From Eubacteriales bacterium (GTDB lineage Bacteria > Bacillota > Clostridia > Oscillospirales > CAG-382), in NCBI GenBank assembly GCA_045592105.1, contig JAZNUB010000041.1, positions 20,517 through 84,516 on the forward strand: a stretch of DNA of 64,000 bases, written 5' to 3'. This document shows, in pieces, positions 35,318-47,003 of the stretch. How positions within the stretch are numbered: position 1 is the stretch's first letter; each line of letters begins with the position of its first letter. A model generated the notes under the pieces. That model saw only the letters and a list, made by a program, of their open reading frames with translations, was not told where the DNA came from and made no database searches. Position numbers and translations under genes: made by a program.

Positions 35318-37264
35318 GTGGATAAATTTGAATTGGTGGCTCCCTACGCACCGACAGGAGACCAGCCGGAGGCTATTAAAAAGTTAACCGAAGGCATACA
35401 AAAAGGCTTAAAAGAGCAGGTTTTACTGGGTGTTACAGGTAGTGGTAAGACCTTTACTATGGCTAACATTATAGCAAAGGTAAACAAACCAACACTTGTG
35501 CTTGTTCACAACAAAACGCTTGCCGCACAGCTATGCTCTGAGTTTCGAGAGTTCTTCCCGAACAACGCGGTTGAATACTTTGTTTCCTACTACGACTACT
35601 ATCAGCCGGAGGCGTACGTGCCGGGTAAGGACGTTTATATTGAAAAGGATGCTTCTATAAACGACGAGATAGACAAGCTGCGCCACAGCGCAACAAGTGC
35701 TTTGTTTGAGCGTGAGGACGTTATTATAGTGTCAAGCGTTTCCTGTATTTATTCTTTGGGTGACCCGCTTGAATACCGCAAGCAGGTTATATCCATCCGC
35801 CCGGGGCTTCAAATGAGCCGCGAAACACTTATTAAGCGGCTTGTTGCCGTGCAGTATACGAGAAGCGACATAGGCTTTGAGCGTAACAACTTCCGCGTGC
35901 GTGGGGACGTGGTGGAGATATTCCCGTCCAATTCGGGCGCAGAGGCTATAAGGGTGGAGTTTTTTGGTGACGAGATAGACCGTATCTCCGTTATAGACAC
36001 CGTTACGGGTGAGCTAAAGGCAAGGCTTAACCACGCGGCTGTGTATCCGTCCTCACACTATGTAACGGACGAGGAGCTGCGTAAAGCCGCGCTTACGGAG
36101 ATATACGACGAGATGCTTGAGAGGGTAGAGTATTTTGAAGCGCAAGGCAAGCTGATAGAGGCACAGCGTATCAAAGAGCGTACGATGTTTGATATGGAGC
36201 AGATACGCGAGATAGGCTATTGCAGCGGCGTTGAAAACTATTCCCGCGTGCTTTCGGGCAGGAAGCCCGGCAGCGTGCCGTACACCCTGCTGGACTATTT
36301 TCCCGAGGACTTTTTGCTGTTCATAGATGAAAGCCACGTAACGGTGCCGCAGGTGCGCGGTATGAGCGGGGGGGACGGCGCAAGAAAGAAGAATCTTATA
36401 GATTACGGCTTCCGCCTGCCCTCTGCATACGATAACCGCCCGTTAAGGTTTGAGGAGTTTGTGGCTAAAAAGGGGCAAACGGTTTACGTTAGCGCAACGC
36501 CCGGCGAATACGAAAAGAACTGTGCCGAGGCGATGGCGGAGCAGATAATAAGACCCACGGGCTTGCTTGACCCTACGGTGGAGGTACGCCCCGTAGCAGG
36601 GCAAATAGACGATTTGCTTGGCGAGATAAGAAACTGCATAGCCAACGGTGAGAGGGTTCTTGTTACCACGCTTACAAAAAAGATGGCGGAGGATTTAAGC
36701 GAGTATTTTTTGCAAAACGGTGTTAAAACCAAGTATTTGCACTACGATATAGAAACCATCGAGCGTATAGAGCTGCTTCGTCAGCTCCGCGCAGGGGAAT
36801 ACGACGTGCTTGTGGGCATAAACCTGCTTCGCGAGGGGCTGGATTTGCCTGAGGTTGCGCTGATAGGCATACTTGATGCGGATAAGGAAGGCTTTTTGCG
36901 CTCGGAAATGAGCCTTATACAAACGATAGGGCGTGCGGCGCGTAACGCAAACGGGCGCGTAATAATGTATGCGGACAAGATAACGGGCTCTATGCGCCGC
37001 GCTATGGATGAAACCAACCGCCGCCGCGCAAAGCAGGACGCGTACAACAAGGCAAACGGCATAACGCCCAAAACCATAATCAAGGAGATACGCGCGCCGA
37101 TAGAGATAACCGTAAAGGGCGCGGCGCCTGACGGAAAGCTTAACAAGGCAGAAAAGAAGCAGCTTATAGAAAAGCTTCAAAAGCAAATGAAGCAGGCGGC
37201 AAAGGATCTGGATTTCGAAACGGCAGCCGCGTTGCGTGATAAGATACGCTCGCTTTTAGCGTAA
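35318..37264 (+). CDS. uvrB: excinuclease ABC subunit B
   Basis: 648 aa, GTG start with [19 protein letters not shown] Walker [11 protein letters not shown], and the C-terminal UVR domain ...[11 protein letters not shown]. Confidence 0.97.
   Translation: MDKFELVAPYAPTGDQPEAIKKLTEGIQKGLKEQVLLGVTGSGKTFTMANIIAKVNKPTLVLVHNKTLAAQLCSEFREFFPNNAVEYFVSYYDYYQPEAYVPGKDVYIEKDASINDEIDKLRHSATSALFEREDVIIVSSVSCIYSLGDPLEYRKQVISIRPGLQMSRETLIKRLVAVQYTRSDIGFERNNFRVRGDVVEIFPSNSGAEAIRVEFFGDEIDRISVIDTVTGELKARLNHAAVYPSSHYVTDEELRKAALTEIYDEMLERVEYFEAQGKLIEAQRIKERTMFDMEQIREIGYCSGVENYSRVLSGRKPGSVPYTLLDYFPEDFLLFIDESHVTVPQVRGMSGGDGARKKNLIDYGFRLPSAYDNRPLRFEEFVAKKGQTVYVSATPGEYEKNCAEAMAEQIIRPTGLLDPTVEVRPVAGQIDDLLGEIRNCIANGERVLVTTLTKKMAEDLSEYFLQNGVKTKYLHYDIETIERIELLRQLRAGEYDVLVGINLLREGLDLPEVALIGILDADKEGFLRSEMSLIQTIGRAARNANGRVIMYADKITGSMRRAMDETNRRRAKQDAYNKANGITPKTIIKEIRAPIEITVKGAAPDGKLNKAEKKQLIEKLQKQMKQAAKDLDFETAAALRDKIRSLLA
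35532..35559 (+). repeat. 28-nt perfect block (putative att core, right copy)
   Basis: Identical to 7067-7094. Confidence 0.85.
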
Positions 37265-37274
37265 AGGAGAAGCA

Positions 37275-40109
37275 ATGAACAAAGAACTTACAGTTAGAGG
37301 CGCAAGAGTAAACAACCTTAAAAACGTGAACGTTTCTATACCCAGAGATAAGCTTGTGGTGTTCACGGGGGTTTCGGGCTGCGGCAAAAGCTCGCTTGCG
37401 TTTGACACCATATACGCCGAGGGGCACAGACGGTTTGTGGAGTCTTTGTCCTCCTACGCACGAATGTTTTTGGGGCAGTTGGACAAGCCCGATATTGATG
37501 GGATAGACGGGCTTTCGCCCGCTATATCCATAGACCAGAAAACCACCTCTAAAAATCCGCGCTCCACGGTGGGCACGGTGACGGAGATATACGATTATAT
37601 ACGCCTTTTGTACGCACGCATAGGCGTGCCGCATTGCCCTGTGTGCGGTGAGGTTATAGCACAGCAAAGCGTGGACGAGATAGTGGATAGCGTTTGCGCT
37701 TTGGAGGAGGGCACGCGCTTTTTGGTGCTTGCGCCTGTTGTTAGGGGCAAAAAGGGGCAGCACGAAAAGCTGTTGGACGGTGCGGCGCGAAGCGGATACG
37801 TGCGCGTTCGCATAGACGGCTCTATGTACGAGCTGGACGACAGGCCTGAGCTTGATAAAAACAAAAAGCATGATATAGACATAGTTGTAGACCGTTTGAT
37901 ACTGCGCGAGGATATAAAAAGCCGCCTTACGGACAGCGTTGAAACAGCCGCCAAGCTTGGTGACGGTATAGTGTGCATCCAAACGCTTAACGCTGACGGC
38001 GCGGAGGGGGAGGAGCTTACCTTCAGCCAAAACTACGCCTGCAAAACGCACGGCATTAGCTTAGGTGAGCTTACGCCGCGTATGTTTTCCTTCAACAACC
38101 CCTACGGTGCTTGCGAAAAGTGCGGCGGCTTGGGGGAAAGCTTTGTGCTGTCACCCGATAAGCTTATACCCGATAAAACGCGCTCCCTTTATACGGGCGC
38201 AATTATATGCAACGGCTTTAAATCCATAACCGCAAACAGCTATTACGGCGATATATACAACCGCCTCGGCAAATATCACGGCTTTGATATCCACACGCCT
38301 ATTCAAGACTATACCGAGGAGGCGTTGGAGGTGTTGCTGTACGGCAATATGGGCGCGGTAAAGGCGCGCCGCAGGGATGTGTACGAGCCTAAATTTGAAG
38401 GCATTATCAATATGATAGACCGTCGCTACCGTCAATGCGGCAACGATTTTACCACGCGTGAGTATTACGAGGAGTTTATGGAAAACATCCCCTGCTCGGA
38501 GTGCGGTGGCAAACGCCTTAAGGCAGAGGCGCTTGCGGTAACTGTGGGCGGGCTTAACATAGCGGAGCTTTGCGACCTTTCCGTTGGCAAGTGCAAAAGC
38601 TTTTTTGAAAGCCTTGTGCTAACGCCTAAGGAGGCATCTATAGCCAAGGAGATACTAAAGGAGATAAAGGCAAGGCTTAGCTTCTTAAACAGCGTTGGGC
38701 TGGAGTATTTAACGCTGTCACGCAAGTCCGGCGGGCTTTCGGGCGGGGAAGCGCAACGCATAAGGCTTGCAACGCAGATAGGCTCTTCTCTTATGGGTGT
38801 GCTTTATATTCTTGACGAGCCAAGCATAGGCTTGCACCAGCGCGACAATATGAAGCTTATACAAACGCTTAAAAATCTGCGCGATATCGGCAACACCGTG
38901 ATAGTGGTGGAGCACGACGAGGAAACTATGCTTGCCGCTGATTATATCGTGGATATAGGGCCTGCCGCAGGCATCCACGGGGGCGAGGTTGTGTTTTCGG
39001 GTACGCCCGATGAGCTTTTGAAGGACGAACGCTCGCTTACGGGTATGTACCTTTCGGGCAAGCTGAAGGTGGAGGTGCCGAAAAAGCGCAGAGAGGGCAA
39101 CGGCGGCTTTATAACCGTGCGCGGTGCTACGGAAAACAACCTTAAGGATATAGACGTTAGCTTCCCTTTGGGTTGCTTTGTGTGCGTAACGGGCGTTTCG
39201 GGTTCAGGTAAAAGCTCGCTTGTGAACTCCGTTTTGTATAACGGCATAGCGAAAAAGCTTGGGCGCTACACGCTAAGCCCCGGTAAGCACAAATGCATAG
39301 AGGGTATTGAAAACATTGATAAAATCATCGCGATAGACCAAAGCCCCATTGGGCGCACTCCGCGCTCCAACCCCGCAACGTATACGGGCATCTTTTCGGA
39401 GATACGCTCTATCTTTGCTTCCACGCCCGATGCGAAAGCGCGCGGGTATACGGATGGGAGGTTTTCCTTTAACATAAAGGGCGGTAGGTGTGAGGCGTGT
39501 CAGGGCGACGGTACCTTGAAGATAGAGATGCACTTTTTGCCTGACGTGTACGTGAACTGTGACGTGTGCAAGGGTAAGAGATACAACCGCGAAACGCTGG
39601 AGATAAAATACAAGGGAAAAACTATTAGCGATATACTTGAGATGACCGTGGACGAGGGCTGTGAGTTCTTTGAGGCGTACCCCTCCTTAAAACGCAAGCT
39701 TTGTGTAATGCGTGACGTTGGCTTGGGGTACATCAAGATAGGGCAAAGCTCCACAACTCTCTCAGGCGGCGAAGCGCAAAGGGTAAAGCTATCCAGCGAG
39801 CTTGCAAGAAGAAGCACGGGCAAAACGCTGTATATACTTGACGAGCCTACAACGGGCTTGCACACGGACGACGTGAACAAGCTGAAGGACGTTTTGCAAA
39901 AGCTTGTGGAGGCGGGCAACACCGTTGTTGTTATCGAGCATAATTTAGACCTTATTAAAACGGCAGACTATATAATTGATATGGGCCCCGAGGGTGGTGA
40001 CGGCGGCGGCACGGTTGTTGTGCAGGGCACGCCGGAGCAGGTTGCTTGTTGCGAGCAGTCACACACGGGGGCGTATCTTAAAAGCTATCTAAACGGAGGT
40101 GCGGTATGA
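37275..40109 (+). CDS. uvrA: excinuclease ABC subunit A
   Basis: 944 aa with two ABC modules ([20 protein letters not shown]), zinc-finger CxxC pairs and LSGGEAQR signatures. Confidence 0.97.
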   Translation: MNKELTVRGARVNNLKNVNVSIPRDKLVVFTGVSGCGKSSLAFDTIYAEGHRRFVESLSSYARMFLGQLDKPDIDGIDGLSPAISIDQKTTSKNPRSTVGTVTEIYDYIRLLYARIGVPHCPVCGEVIAQQSVDEIVDSVCALEEGTRFLVLAPVVRGKKGQHEKLLDGAARSGYVRVRIDGSMYELDDRPELDKNKKHDIDIVVDRLILREDIKSRLTDSVETAAKLGDGIVCIQTLNADGAEGEELTFSQNYACKTHGISLGELTPRMFSFNNPYGACEKCGGLGESFVLSPDKLIPDKTRSLYTGAIICNGFKSITANSYYGDIYNRLGKYHGFDIHTPIQDYTEEALEVLLYGNMGAVKARRRDVYEPKFEGIINMIDRRYRQCGNDFTTREYYEEFMENIPCSECGGKRLKAEALAVTVGGLNIAELCDLSVGKCKSFFESLVLTPKEASIAKEILKEIKARLSFLNSVGLEYLTLSRKSGGLSGGEAQRIRLATQIGSSLMGVLYILDEPSIGLHQRDNMKLIQTLKNLRDIGNTVIVVEHDEETMLAADYIVDIGPAAGIHGGEVVFSGTPDELLKDERSLTGMYLSGKLKVEVPKKRREGNGGFITVRGATENNLKDIDVSFPLGCFVCVTGVSGSGKSSLVNSVLYNGIAKKLGRYTLSPGKHKCIEGIENIDKIIAIDQSPIGRTPRSNPATYTGIFSEIRSIFASTPDAKARGYTDGRFSFNIKGGRCEACQGDGTLKIEMHFLPDVYVNCDVCKGKRYNRETLEIKYKGKTISDILEMTVDEGCEFFEAYPSLKRKLCVMRDVGLGYIKIGQSSTTLSGGEAQRVKLSSELARRSTGKTLYILDEPTTGLHTDDVNKLKDVLQKLVEAGNTVVVIEHNLDLIKTADYIIDMGPEGGDGGGTVVVQGTPEQVACCEQSHTGAYLKSYLNGGAV

Positions 40110-41953
40110 ACACCGACAGAATAAAGCATATACTTGCAAGGGTTGAGAAGCCGGGTAGATATACCGGCGGTGAATACGGCGAGCTTATAAAGGACAAATC
40201 GCAAATAGAGGTGCGGATGGCGTTCTGCTTCCCCGATACCTACGAGATAGGTATGTCTAACCTCGGTGTAAAGATACTGCGCCATTGTCTTAATAAAAAG
40301 GACTATTTGTGGTGCGAGCGTTGCTATGCCCCGTGGGACGATATGGAAAAGGAGATGCGGCGCGAGGGTATACCGCTTTACGCGCTTGAAAGCGGGGACG
40401 ATATCAAGGATTTTGATATCGTGGCGTTCACGCTTCAGTACGAGCTTTCCTATACCAACGCCGTGAATATGCTGCAGCTTGCGGGGATACCGCTTTTTGC
40501 CGCAGAGCGCGGAGAGGAGTATCCGCTTATAATAGCAGGCGGTCCTTGCGCTTACAATCCGGAGCCGATGGCGGATTTTGTTGATATCTTCTCCATAGGT
40601 GAGGGGGAGGAAACCTTGTGCGAGCTTGCGGATTTGTACCGCGAGTGTAAGAAAAACGGCACCCCTAAGGCAGAGCTTTTGAAAAAAGCTTCACAGATAA
40701 AGGGGATGTACGTTCCGTCGCTTTACAGCGTTGAGTATAACGAAAACGGCACTATTAAAGACTTTAAGCCCGTAGAGGATGGAGTTCCTGCGGTTATAGA
40801 GAAGACCTTTATTACGGATATGGACAGCGTGGAGTTCCCAACCGAGCACGAGCTGCCGTATCTTGAAACCGTGCACGACCGTATGGTTTTAGAGGTGTTC
40901 CGCGGCTGTATACGCGGATGCCGCTTCTGCCAAGCGGGGATGGTGTACCGCCCCGTGCGTGAGAAAAGCCCCGAGGTGCTGGACGAGCAGGCGAAAAAGC
41001 TTTACAAAAGCACGGGGTATAACGAGATATCTATGTGCTGTCTAAGCATAAGCGACTATTCGCGCCTTAAAGAGCTTTTGGACAAGCTGCTTGTATGGAC
41101 GGAGGACGAGCGCATAAATCTTTCGTTGCCCTCTATGCGTATAGACAGCTTTTACGGCGAGCTTATGGAAAAGGCAATGAACGTGCGCCAAAGCGGCTTA
41201 ACCTTTGCGCCCGAAGCGGGCACGCAAAGGCTACGCAACGTTATAAACAAGAACCTAACGGAGGAGGAGATCCTTTCGGGCTGTGCAACCGCGTTTGACG
41301 GTGGGCGCAGCAGCTTGAAGCTGTATTTTATGAACGGCCTGCCCACGGAAACCGACGACGATATCCGCGGCATAGCATCGCTTGGGCAGAAGATAGTGGA
41401 CCTTTATTATTCTAAAAAACGCCGCAACCCCAAGGGCGTAAACGTGAATATAAGCGTTTCGTGTTTGGTGCCCAAACCCTTTACGCCATTCCAATGGATG
41501 CCGCAGGATACGATAGACGAGCTTAAGCGCAAACAGCTTTTGCTAAAGGAATGTATAACCACGCGCAAGATAAACTATAACTACCACGATAGCGAGGTAA
41601 GCTTTTTGGAGGCTGTTTTTGCAAGAGGGGACCGCAGGCTTTCCGCCGCTATTGCGGAGGCGGTAGCGCAAGGTCAGCGCTTTGATAGCTGGGACGAGTT
41701 TTTTAACTACGAAAAGTGGATGGAGATATTTGAGAAAACGGGCATAGACCCCACGTTTTACGCCAACCGCGCATTTGGCTTTGACGAGAAGCTTCCGTGG
41801 GACCATATAGATTGCGGTGTAAGCAAGGAGTTCCTTGTGCGTGAAGCAAAGGCGGCACTTGCCGCAACCACCACGCCCGATTGCCGCACGCGTTGCTCTG
41901 CCTGCGGTATGCAAAGCAAAGGCTGTACCATTTGCAAAGGAGGGGATAAGTAA
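40106..41953 (+). CDS. B12-binding-domain radical SAM protein (TIGR03960-like)
   Basis: CIRGCRFCQAG (CX3CX2C). Conserved pairing with the downstream DUF2344-type gene. Confidence 0.8.
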   Translation: MNTDRIKHILARVEKPGRYTGGEYGELIKDKSQIEVRMAFCFPDTYEIGMSNLGVKILRHCLNKKDYLWCERCYAPWDDMEKEMRREGIPLYALESGDDIKDFDIVAFTLQYELSYTNAVNMLQLAGIPLFAAERGEEYPLIIAGGPCAYNPEPMADFVDIFSIGEGEETLCELADLYRECKKNGTPKAELLKKASQIKGMYVPSLYSVEYNENGTIKDFKPVEDGVPAVIEKTFITDMDSVEFPTEHELPYLETVHDRMVLEVFRGCIRGCRFCQAGMVYRPVREKSPEVLDEQAKKLYKSTGYNEISMCCLSISDYSRLKELLDKLLVWTEDERINLSLPSMRIDSFYGELMEKAMNVRQSGLTFAPEAGTQRLRNVINKNLTEEEILSGCATAFDGGRSSLKLYFMNGLPTETDDDIRGIASLGQKIVDLYYSKKRRNPKGVNVNISVSCLVPKPFTPFQWMPQDTIDELKRKQLLLKECITTRKINYNYHDSEVSFLEAVFARGDRRLSAAIAEAVAQGQRFDSWDEFFNYEKWMEIFEKTGIDPTFYANRAFGFDEKLPWDHIDCGVSKEFLVREAKAALAATTTPDCRTRCSACGMQSKGCTICKGGDK

Positions 41954-42597
41954 TGCAAGCGCCTGTAAAATTTACCGTTAGAGTGTTCTGGCAAAAGCTG
42001 GGCAACGCCAAATACATATCCCATCTTGATACACAGCGCGCCATAGTGCGCGCGCTTATCAGAAGCGGGCTGCCCGTTTACTACTCGCAGGGGTTTAATC
42101 CGCACCCAAAGCTTGTGTTTGCATTGCCCGTTTCCATTTATCAAGAGGCGTATTACGATATCTTTGATATAGATATAAAAGAGATGCTTCCCGTTAAAAG
42201 GATAGAGGAGATGCTATCGGCGGTTATGCCCGCAGATATGCCGATACTGCGCGTTGCGTACCCTAAAAGAAAGCTAAAGGAGCTTTGCTTTGCCTCCTAC
42301 AATATTCTGCTTGAAACAAGCTGCACCAAGGCGGAGATAGAAAACGCCTTTAGCGGTGCCGTTGTGGTGGAGAAGAAAAGCAAAAAGAAGTGCGAAACGG
42401 TTGATATTTCCCCGATGATAAAGGAGCTTTCCTTTAAGCAGGAGGAAAACGGCGTGCTTATGCAGGCAACGCTTTCTGCCGCGCCCGATGCGTATTTAAG
42501 CCCCAAATATTTGGTGGACTTTTTGGGTGAGCGCGTTGGGTTTTCGCAAACGGTGCGTACTATGCTGTTTGATAAGGATATGAAGCCCTTGGAATAA
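41953..42597 (+). CDS. radical-SAM-associated protein (DUF2344/TIGR03936-like)
   Basis: GNAKYISHLDTQRAIVRALIRSGLPVYYSQGFNPHPKLVFALPVSI. Start overlaps the upstream stop codon. Confidence 0.75.
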   Translation: MQAPVKFTVRVFWQKLGNAKYISHLDTQRAIVRALIRSGLPVYYSQGFNPHPKLVFALPVSIYQEAYYDIFDIDIKEMLPVKRIEEMLSAVMPADMPILRVAYPKRKLKELCFASYNILLETSCTKAEIENAFSGAVVVEKKSKKKCETVDISPMIKELSFKQEENGVLMQATLSAAPDAYLSPKYLVDFLGERVGFSQTVRTMLFDKDMKPLE

Positions 42598-42670
42598 ATA
42601 TTTTTTATAATACCACTTGTATAACGCGAAAAAATGGTGTATTATAAAAGTAGATTAACAGGCGAGGTAT

Positions 42671-43096
42671 TTGCTTATGAATAAAACAAAATCCGTATGG
42701 GGCGGCGTAGCGGGGAAGGTGATTGCCACGCTTATGGTGCTTTCCGTTATTTGCGGCGCCGTTACCGTAACGCTTGCCTATTCCGTTTATGGGGATAGCC
42801 TTCTTTCCAAAGACGAAATAAAGGTTATAAGCTCTATCGACAATAAAAACGGCACTATTAATATAAAGCTTAGGCTGGAAAAGCCGGGGTACTATTTGTC
42901 CGATTACAAAACCGAAAAGGTGGGGGACAAGCTTATGGTTAAGCTGTACTCTTCCGTAAGAGAGGGCGATATAAAGGCAGATTCCACAGGTGCCTACACC
43001 CTTGATTTTAAGGTGGATACGAGTGTTAAGAGTGTGGTACAGGAGGGTCCTGACGGTGAGGAATACATACTTGTTAAAGTCAACATCGCTTCTTAA
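42671..43096 (+). CDS. N-terminally anchored hypothetical protein
   Basis: 141-aa ORF with one TM helix (VIATLMVLSVICGAVTVTLAY). No recognisable motifs. Confidence 0.55.
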   Translation: MLMNKTKSVWGGVAGKVIATLMVLSVICGAVTVTLAYSVYGDSLLSKDEIKVISSIDNKNGTINIKLRLEKPGYYLSDYKTEKVGDKLMVKLYSSVREGDIKADSTGAYTLDFKVDTSVKSVVQEGPDGEEYILVKVNIAS

Positions 43097-44096
43097 GCGC
43101 ACTTTCGTTGCGCTTTTAGTGCTTTGCTTGCTTTTGTCGCTTGCAAGCTGTAAAAAAGAGCCCAAGCTTAAAGAGTATACGGACGCGGTGGGCGGCTATT
43201 CGTTTTCCTACCCCGAAAATTGGGAGGTATACAGCGAGGGCGGAAACGCTTGTATCAGCATAGCGGACGTTGGCGGTGCGCTTCCGTTTGCTATGGTGCG
43301 CTTTTCTGCTTTCGAAAATAAAGAGGGTATTACCGCCGCAGAGTATTGGAACAACGGCGTGGAAGGCTTTTCTACGATTTATGAAAGCTATAACATCCTT
43401 CAAAACAAGCGCGGTGTGTTTGAAAAAGAGGGTGTAGGCAGTGCCTACGGCGCAGTTGTGGAGGTAAGCTTGAAGGGCGAAACCAAGCTGGACGGGCAGC
43501 CCTCCAAGGCGGGCGAGGCGGCTAACTACACAATCCATCAGCTTGTTTTTGAGGGCGATGGCAGGATTTGCGTTGTAAGCTATATGTCCGCTAAGGACAA
43601 CTATGAGATATACGGCACCGTTATGGACGAAATAAAGGAAAGCTTTGCTTTTACAACGCCCAATCCTGCAGGCGATATCTCGGACAAGGGCTATACCGAT
43701 TTCAATATGCCCGTGCCTGAGGGGTGGACGCTTGAAACGGCAGAGGCGTATTACAGGCTAAGCAACGGCAAGGCAACCATTATAGCCTGCGTTTTCTCTA
43801 TGGAGCAAACCGTTAGCCCAAAGCAGTATTGGGAAAGCGTGTATCGCAGCTCCGTTCAAACGGGGATAGACGGCTTTAAGGAAATTTCAGCAAAGGATTG
43901 TAAGATGGGCGGTGTGGACGCGCTGGACGTTTACTATACCGGCAAATCCGTATCGGGCAACAGCTATAAGTTCCGTCAATGCCTTGCTGTAAAGGACAGT
44001 CAGGTTTACATAATTACCCTAACCGCGAACGATGCGGACTACGAAAGAGTAGCGGGCGGATACGAAGCTGTTATAAAGGGGTTTAGCTTTAAATGA
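43071..44096 (+). CDS. lipoprotein, function unknown
   Basis: Proposed TTG start giving MLKSTSLLKRTFVALLVLCLLLSLASC (lipobox). The start is uncertain; the ORF track begins at 42990. Confidence 0.55.
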   Translation: MLKSTSLLKRTFVALLVLCLLLSLASCKKEPKLKEYTDAVGGYSFSYPENWEVYSEGGNACISIADVGGALPFAMVRFSAFENKEGITAAEYWNNGVEGFSTIYESYNILQNKRGVFEKEGVGSAYGAVVEVSLKGETKLDGQPSKAGEAANYTIHQLVFEGDGRICVVSYMSAKDNYEIYGTVMDEIKESFAFTTPNPAGDISDKGYTDFNMPVPEGWTLETAEAYYRLSNGKATIIACVFSMEQTVSPKQYWESVYRSSVQTGIDGFKEISAKDCKMGGVDALDVYYTGKSVSGNSYKFRQCLAVKDSQVYIITLTANDADYERVAGGYEAVIKGFSFK

Positions 44097-45025
44097 TAAA
44101 GCTTATAGCTGTGGCGGGTGCTACCGCAACAGGCAAAAGCGCGCTTGCGGTAAGGCTGGCGGCGGCGCTGGGCGGTGAGATAATATCGGGCGATTCTGCA
44201 CAGGTTTACCGTGGGATGGATATTGGCACGGCTAAAGTAACCGATGCGGAAACGTGCGGTATACCGCATTATTTGATTGATATATTGGATATAAACAGCC
44301 CCTTTTCGGCAGGAAGCTTTGCTTCCCTTGCAGGGGAAAAGGCACAGGAGATACACAGCCGTGGCAAAATACCGTTTATAGCGGGTGGCACGGGCTTGTA
44401 TATTGATGCGCTGACAGGCGCGCGCGCTTTTTCCGAAACTGCTGACAGTGACCCTGCCGTTCGCGCTAACCTTATGCGGAAGGCAGAAACGGAAGGGGCG
44501 CTTGCGTTGCACGCTTATCTCGCTACGATAGACCCGCAAGCGGCGGCGGAGATACACCCAAACAACGTAAAGCGTGTTGCTCGCGCTATTGAGATATATC
44601 TTGTAAACGGAAAAACCAAAACGGAGCTTATTGCGGAAAACAAGGCGCAAAGCCGTTTTAAGCGTTGCCTTATATTGCTTGATGCCGACAGGCAAATGCT
44701 TTACGAGCGCATAAACGCTCGTGTGGACGTGATGTTTGAGCGCGGCTTGGAGGCAGAGGCTTTAAGGCTTTGGCAAAGCGGTTTGGAAAACACGCCCACC
44801 GCAGGGCAAGCGATAGGGTATAAGGAGCTGTTTCCGTATTTTAAGGGGCTTATAAGCCTTGACGAAGCGAAGGAAAATATAAAGCAGGCAACGCGTAACT
44901 ACGCAAAGCGGCAGGTAACCTATTTTAAGCGTATGAGCGATGCTTTTGTGCTGGACTGTGCCGAGGGTGCAGACGGTGTTTACGAAAAGGCACTTGCGCG
45001 TTGTAAGGAGTTCTTGGCGGAATAA
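44093..45025 (+). CDS. miaA: tRNA dimethylallyltransferase
   Basis: IAVAGATATGKSALA P-loop, SGDSAQVYRGMDIGTAK, PHYLIDI. Confidence 0.93.
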   Translation: MIKLIAVAGATATGKSALAVRLAAALGGEIISGDSAQVYRGMDIGTAKVTDAETCGIPHYLIDILDINSPFSAGSFASLAGEKAQEIHSRGKIPFIAGGTGLYIDALTGARAFSETADSDPAVRANLMRKAETEGALALHAYLATIDPQAAAEIHPNNVKRVARAIEIYLVNGKTKTELIAENKAQSRFKRCLILLDADRQMLYERINARVDVMFERGLEAEALRLWQSGLENTPTAGQAIGYKELFPYFKGLISLDEAKENIKQATRNYAKRQVTYFKRMSDAFVLDCAEGADGVYEKALARCKEFLAE

Positions 45026-45047
45026 AGTTAAGTAAAGGGGGATAAGG

Positions 45048-46292
45048 GTGAAGCAGATACTTAAACAGGTATTAACCGTAGTTTGCTCTGTGTTTATAGT
45101 TGCGTATACCATAATGCAGCTTTCGTTAAGCACGGGAGATACCGTTGAAACCGAGCATGCGTTTTACTCCGTAGTAAACGAAGCCCTTGTAACCTCCGCG
45201 TATATTTTTAGGGATGAAACCGTGGTTATGCAAAGCGGCGGCGGTACGCGCAGCTATAGCGTGGAGAACGGCGAAAAGGTACACATGGGGCAACAGCTTT
45301 GCGTTACCTACCAAACCTCGGACGAGGCTGGCGTGCAGGAAACAATAAATTTGCTGAACGGCAAAATAGACCTGCTTAACAAAAGCAGTATCGGAAGCGG
45401 CTCGTTTTCAACGGATTTGTCTAGAATAAACGGCAACATAAGCAGTTATATGCTTGATATCCAGCGTGACGTTGCGGCGGGTGACCTTGCGGCGGCGGCA
45501 AGATTGCAGGACGAGCTTCTTATTCAGATGAACCGCAGGCAGGCAACCGTTGCGGACAGTGACGATTTCTTCGGCTCGCGCATTTCGGAGCTTACGCAAA
45601 AAAAGGCGATGCTTGAAAGCTCCTTAAGCGGTGTTAAGGTTACAACAACGGCGGCATCTGCAGGGTATTTTTACTCCGCGGCAGATGGCTACGAGCGTAG
45701 CTTTACCGTTTCTGCGCTTGGCTCTGTAACCGCGCAGGAATTTAAAAAGCTTATTGCCACACAGCCCGATAAGGATGTTCTTGAAAACGCCGTTGGCAAA
45801 ATAGCCGGCACCTCAAAATGGTACATAGCGTTTATTGCAACGCGCAGAGATGCGGCGTATTTCGTTGAAAACCAAAAATACAGCGTTACGTTCTCTTATG
45901 CGGATGACCGTGAGATAAAGATGTGCTACGAGGGCACGGGCGGCGATACGAAGGGTGACGAGGTTGTGCTGATATTCAGCTCCGGCACCTTGCCAAGCGG
46001 CTTCAACTTCGCGCGCAAGCAGGAGGTTAAGGTTATCAAAAACACTATGCAGGGCTTGAAGATACGCACCTCTGCTTTGGTAAACGTTGACGGTGAAACG
46101 GGCGTTTATTCGCTTTCCGCCGGCAGGGTTGTTTTCAAAACCACCGAGGTGCTTGGCGAAAGCGGCGGGTTCTATCTTGTAAAGCTTCCAAACGAAAAGA
46201 ACCGTTCGGAACGCTCTGCAACAAAGCTGTCCTTGCACGATACCGTGCTTATAGGCGGCAAAAACCTTTATGTGGGGAAGGTGCTGTCATAA
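45048..46292 (+). CDS. membrane-anchored protein, possibly HlyD-like (function uncertain)
   Basis: GTG start, N-terminal TM helix, long coiled-coil-like middle region. No catalytic motifs seen. Confidence 0.45.
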   Translation: MKQILKQVLTVVCSVFIVAYTIMQLSLSTGDTVETEHAFYSVVNEALVTSAYIFRDETVVMQSGGGTRSYSVENGEKVHMGQQLCVTYQTSDEAGVQETINLLNGKIDLLNKSSIGSGSFSTDLSRINGNISSYMLDIQRDVAAGDLAAAARLQDELLIQMNRRQATVADSDDFFGSRISELTQKKAMLESSLSGVKVTTTAASAGYFYSAADGYERSFTVSALGSVTAQEFKKLIATQPDKDVLENAVGKIAGTSKWYIAFIATRRDAAYFVENQKYSVTFSYADDREIKMCYEGTGGDTKGDEVVLIFSSGTLPSGFNFARKQEVKVIKNTMQGLKIRTSALVNVDGETGVYSLSAGRVVFKTTEVLGESGGFYLVKLPNEKNRSERSATKLSLHDTVLIGGKNLYVGKVLS

Positions 46293-46293
46293 A

Positions 46294-46983
46294 ATGGACC
46301 AAAAGAAGCTTCAAATAAAGGAAAACCTTGAAAAAATACTTGGGGCGATGCCCGAAAACGTAACCCTGCTTGCCGCAACCAAAACCGTTCCTGCGGAGTA
46401 TATAAACTACGCGGCGGAGCTTGGGCTTAAGGTTATCGGTGAAAACCGCGTGAACGAGCTGCTTGAGAAGTATGACGCTATCGACAAAACGCGGCTGGAC
46501 GTGCAGTTTATAGGGCATTTGCAAACCAACAAGGTAAAGTACATAATAGATAAGGTTTCGCTTATCCACTCGGTAGACAGCGTTAAGCTTGCCGAGGAGA
46601 TAAGCAAGCGCGCCTTGGCAAAGGGCATTGTGATGCCCGTGCTGGTGGAGATAAACATCGGCGGCGAGGAAAGCAAAAGCGGCGTGCGCCCTGAGGAGGC
46701 TATGGATTTTGTTAAGAGCATAGCCGTTTTAAAGGGCATTACCGTGCGCGGATTGATGACAATACCGCCTAAAAGTGATGATATCAGTAAAAATATTGCG
46801 TTTTATCAAAAAATAAGAAAAATATTTATTGACATATCGGAGCAAAATGTGGATAATGTTAGTATGAGCATTTTGTCTGCCGGGATGAGCGGCGATTGGG
46901 AAGCGGCTATAAGCTGTGGCTCCAATATGGTAAGGATAGGCTCTGGAATTTTTGGAAACAGGATTTACAAAACAGAAATATAA
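46294..46983 (+). CDS. yggS: YggS-family pyridoxal-phosphate homeostasis protein
   Basis: Start moved to MDQKKLQ, just after the upstream stop codon. LLAATKTV (PLP lysine), FIGHLQTNK, LSAGMSGD. Confidence 0.88.
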   Translation: MDQKKLQIKENLEKILGAMPENVTLLAATKTVPAEYINYAAELGLKVIGENRVNELLEKYDAIDKTRLDVQFIGHLQTNKVKYIIDKVSLIHSVDSVKLAEEISKRALAKGIVMPVLVEINIGGEESKSGVRPEEAMDFVKSIAVLKGITVRGLMTIPPKSDDISKNIAFYQKIRKIFIDISEQNVDNVSMSILSAGMSGDWEAAISCGSNMVRIGSGIFGNRIYKTEI

Positions 46984-47003
46984 TATTGACGGAGGACATA
47001 AAT

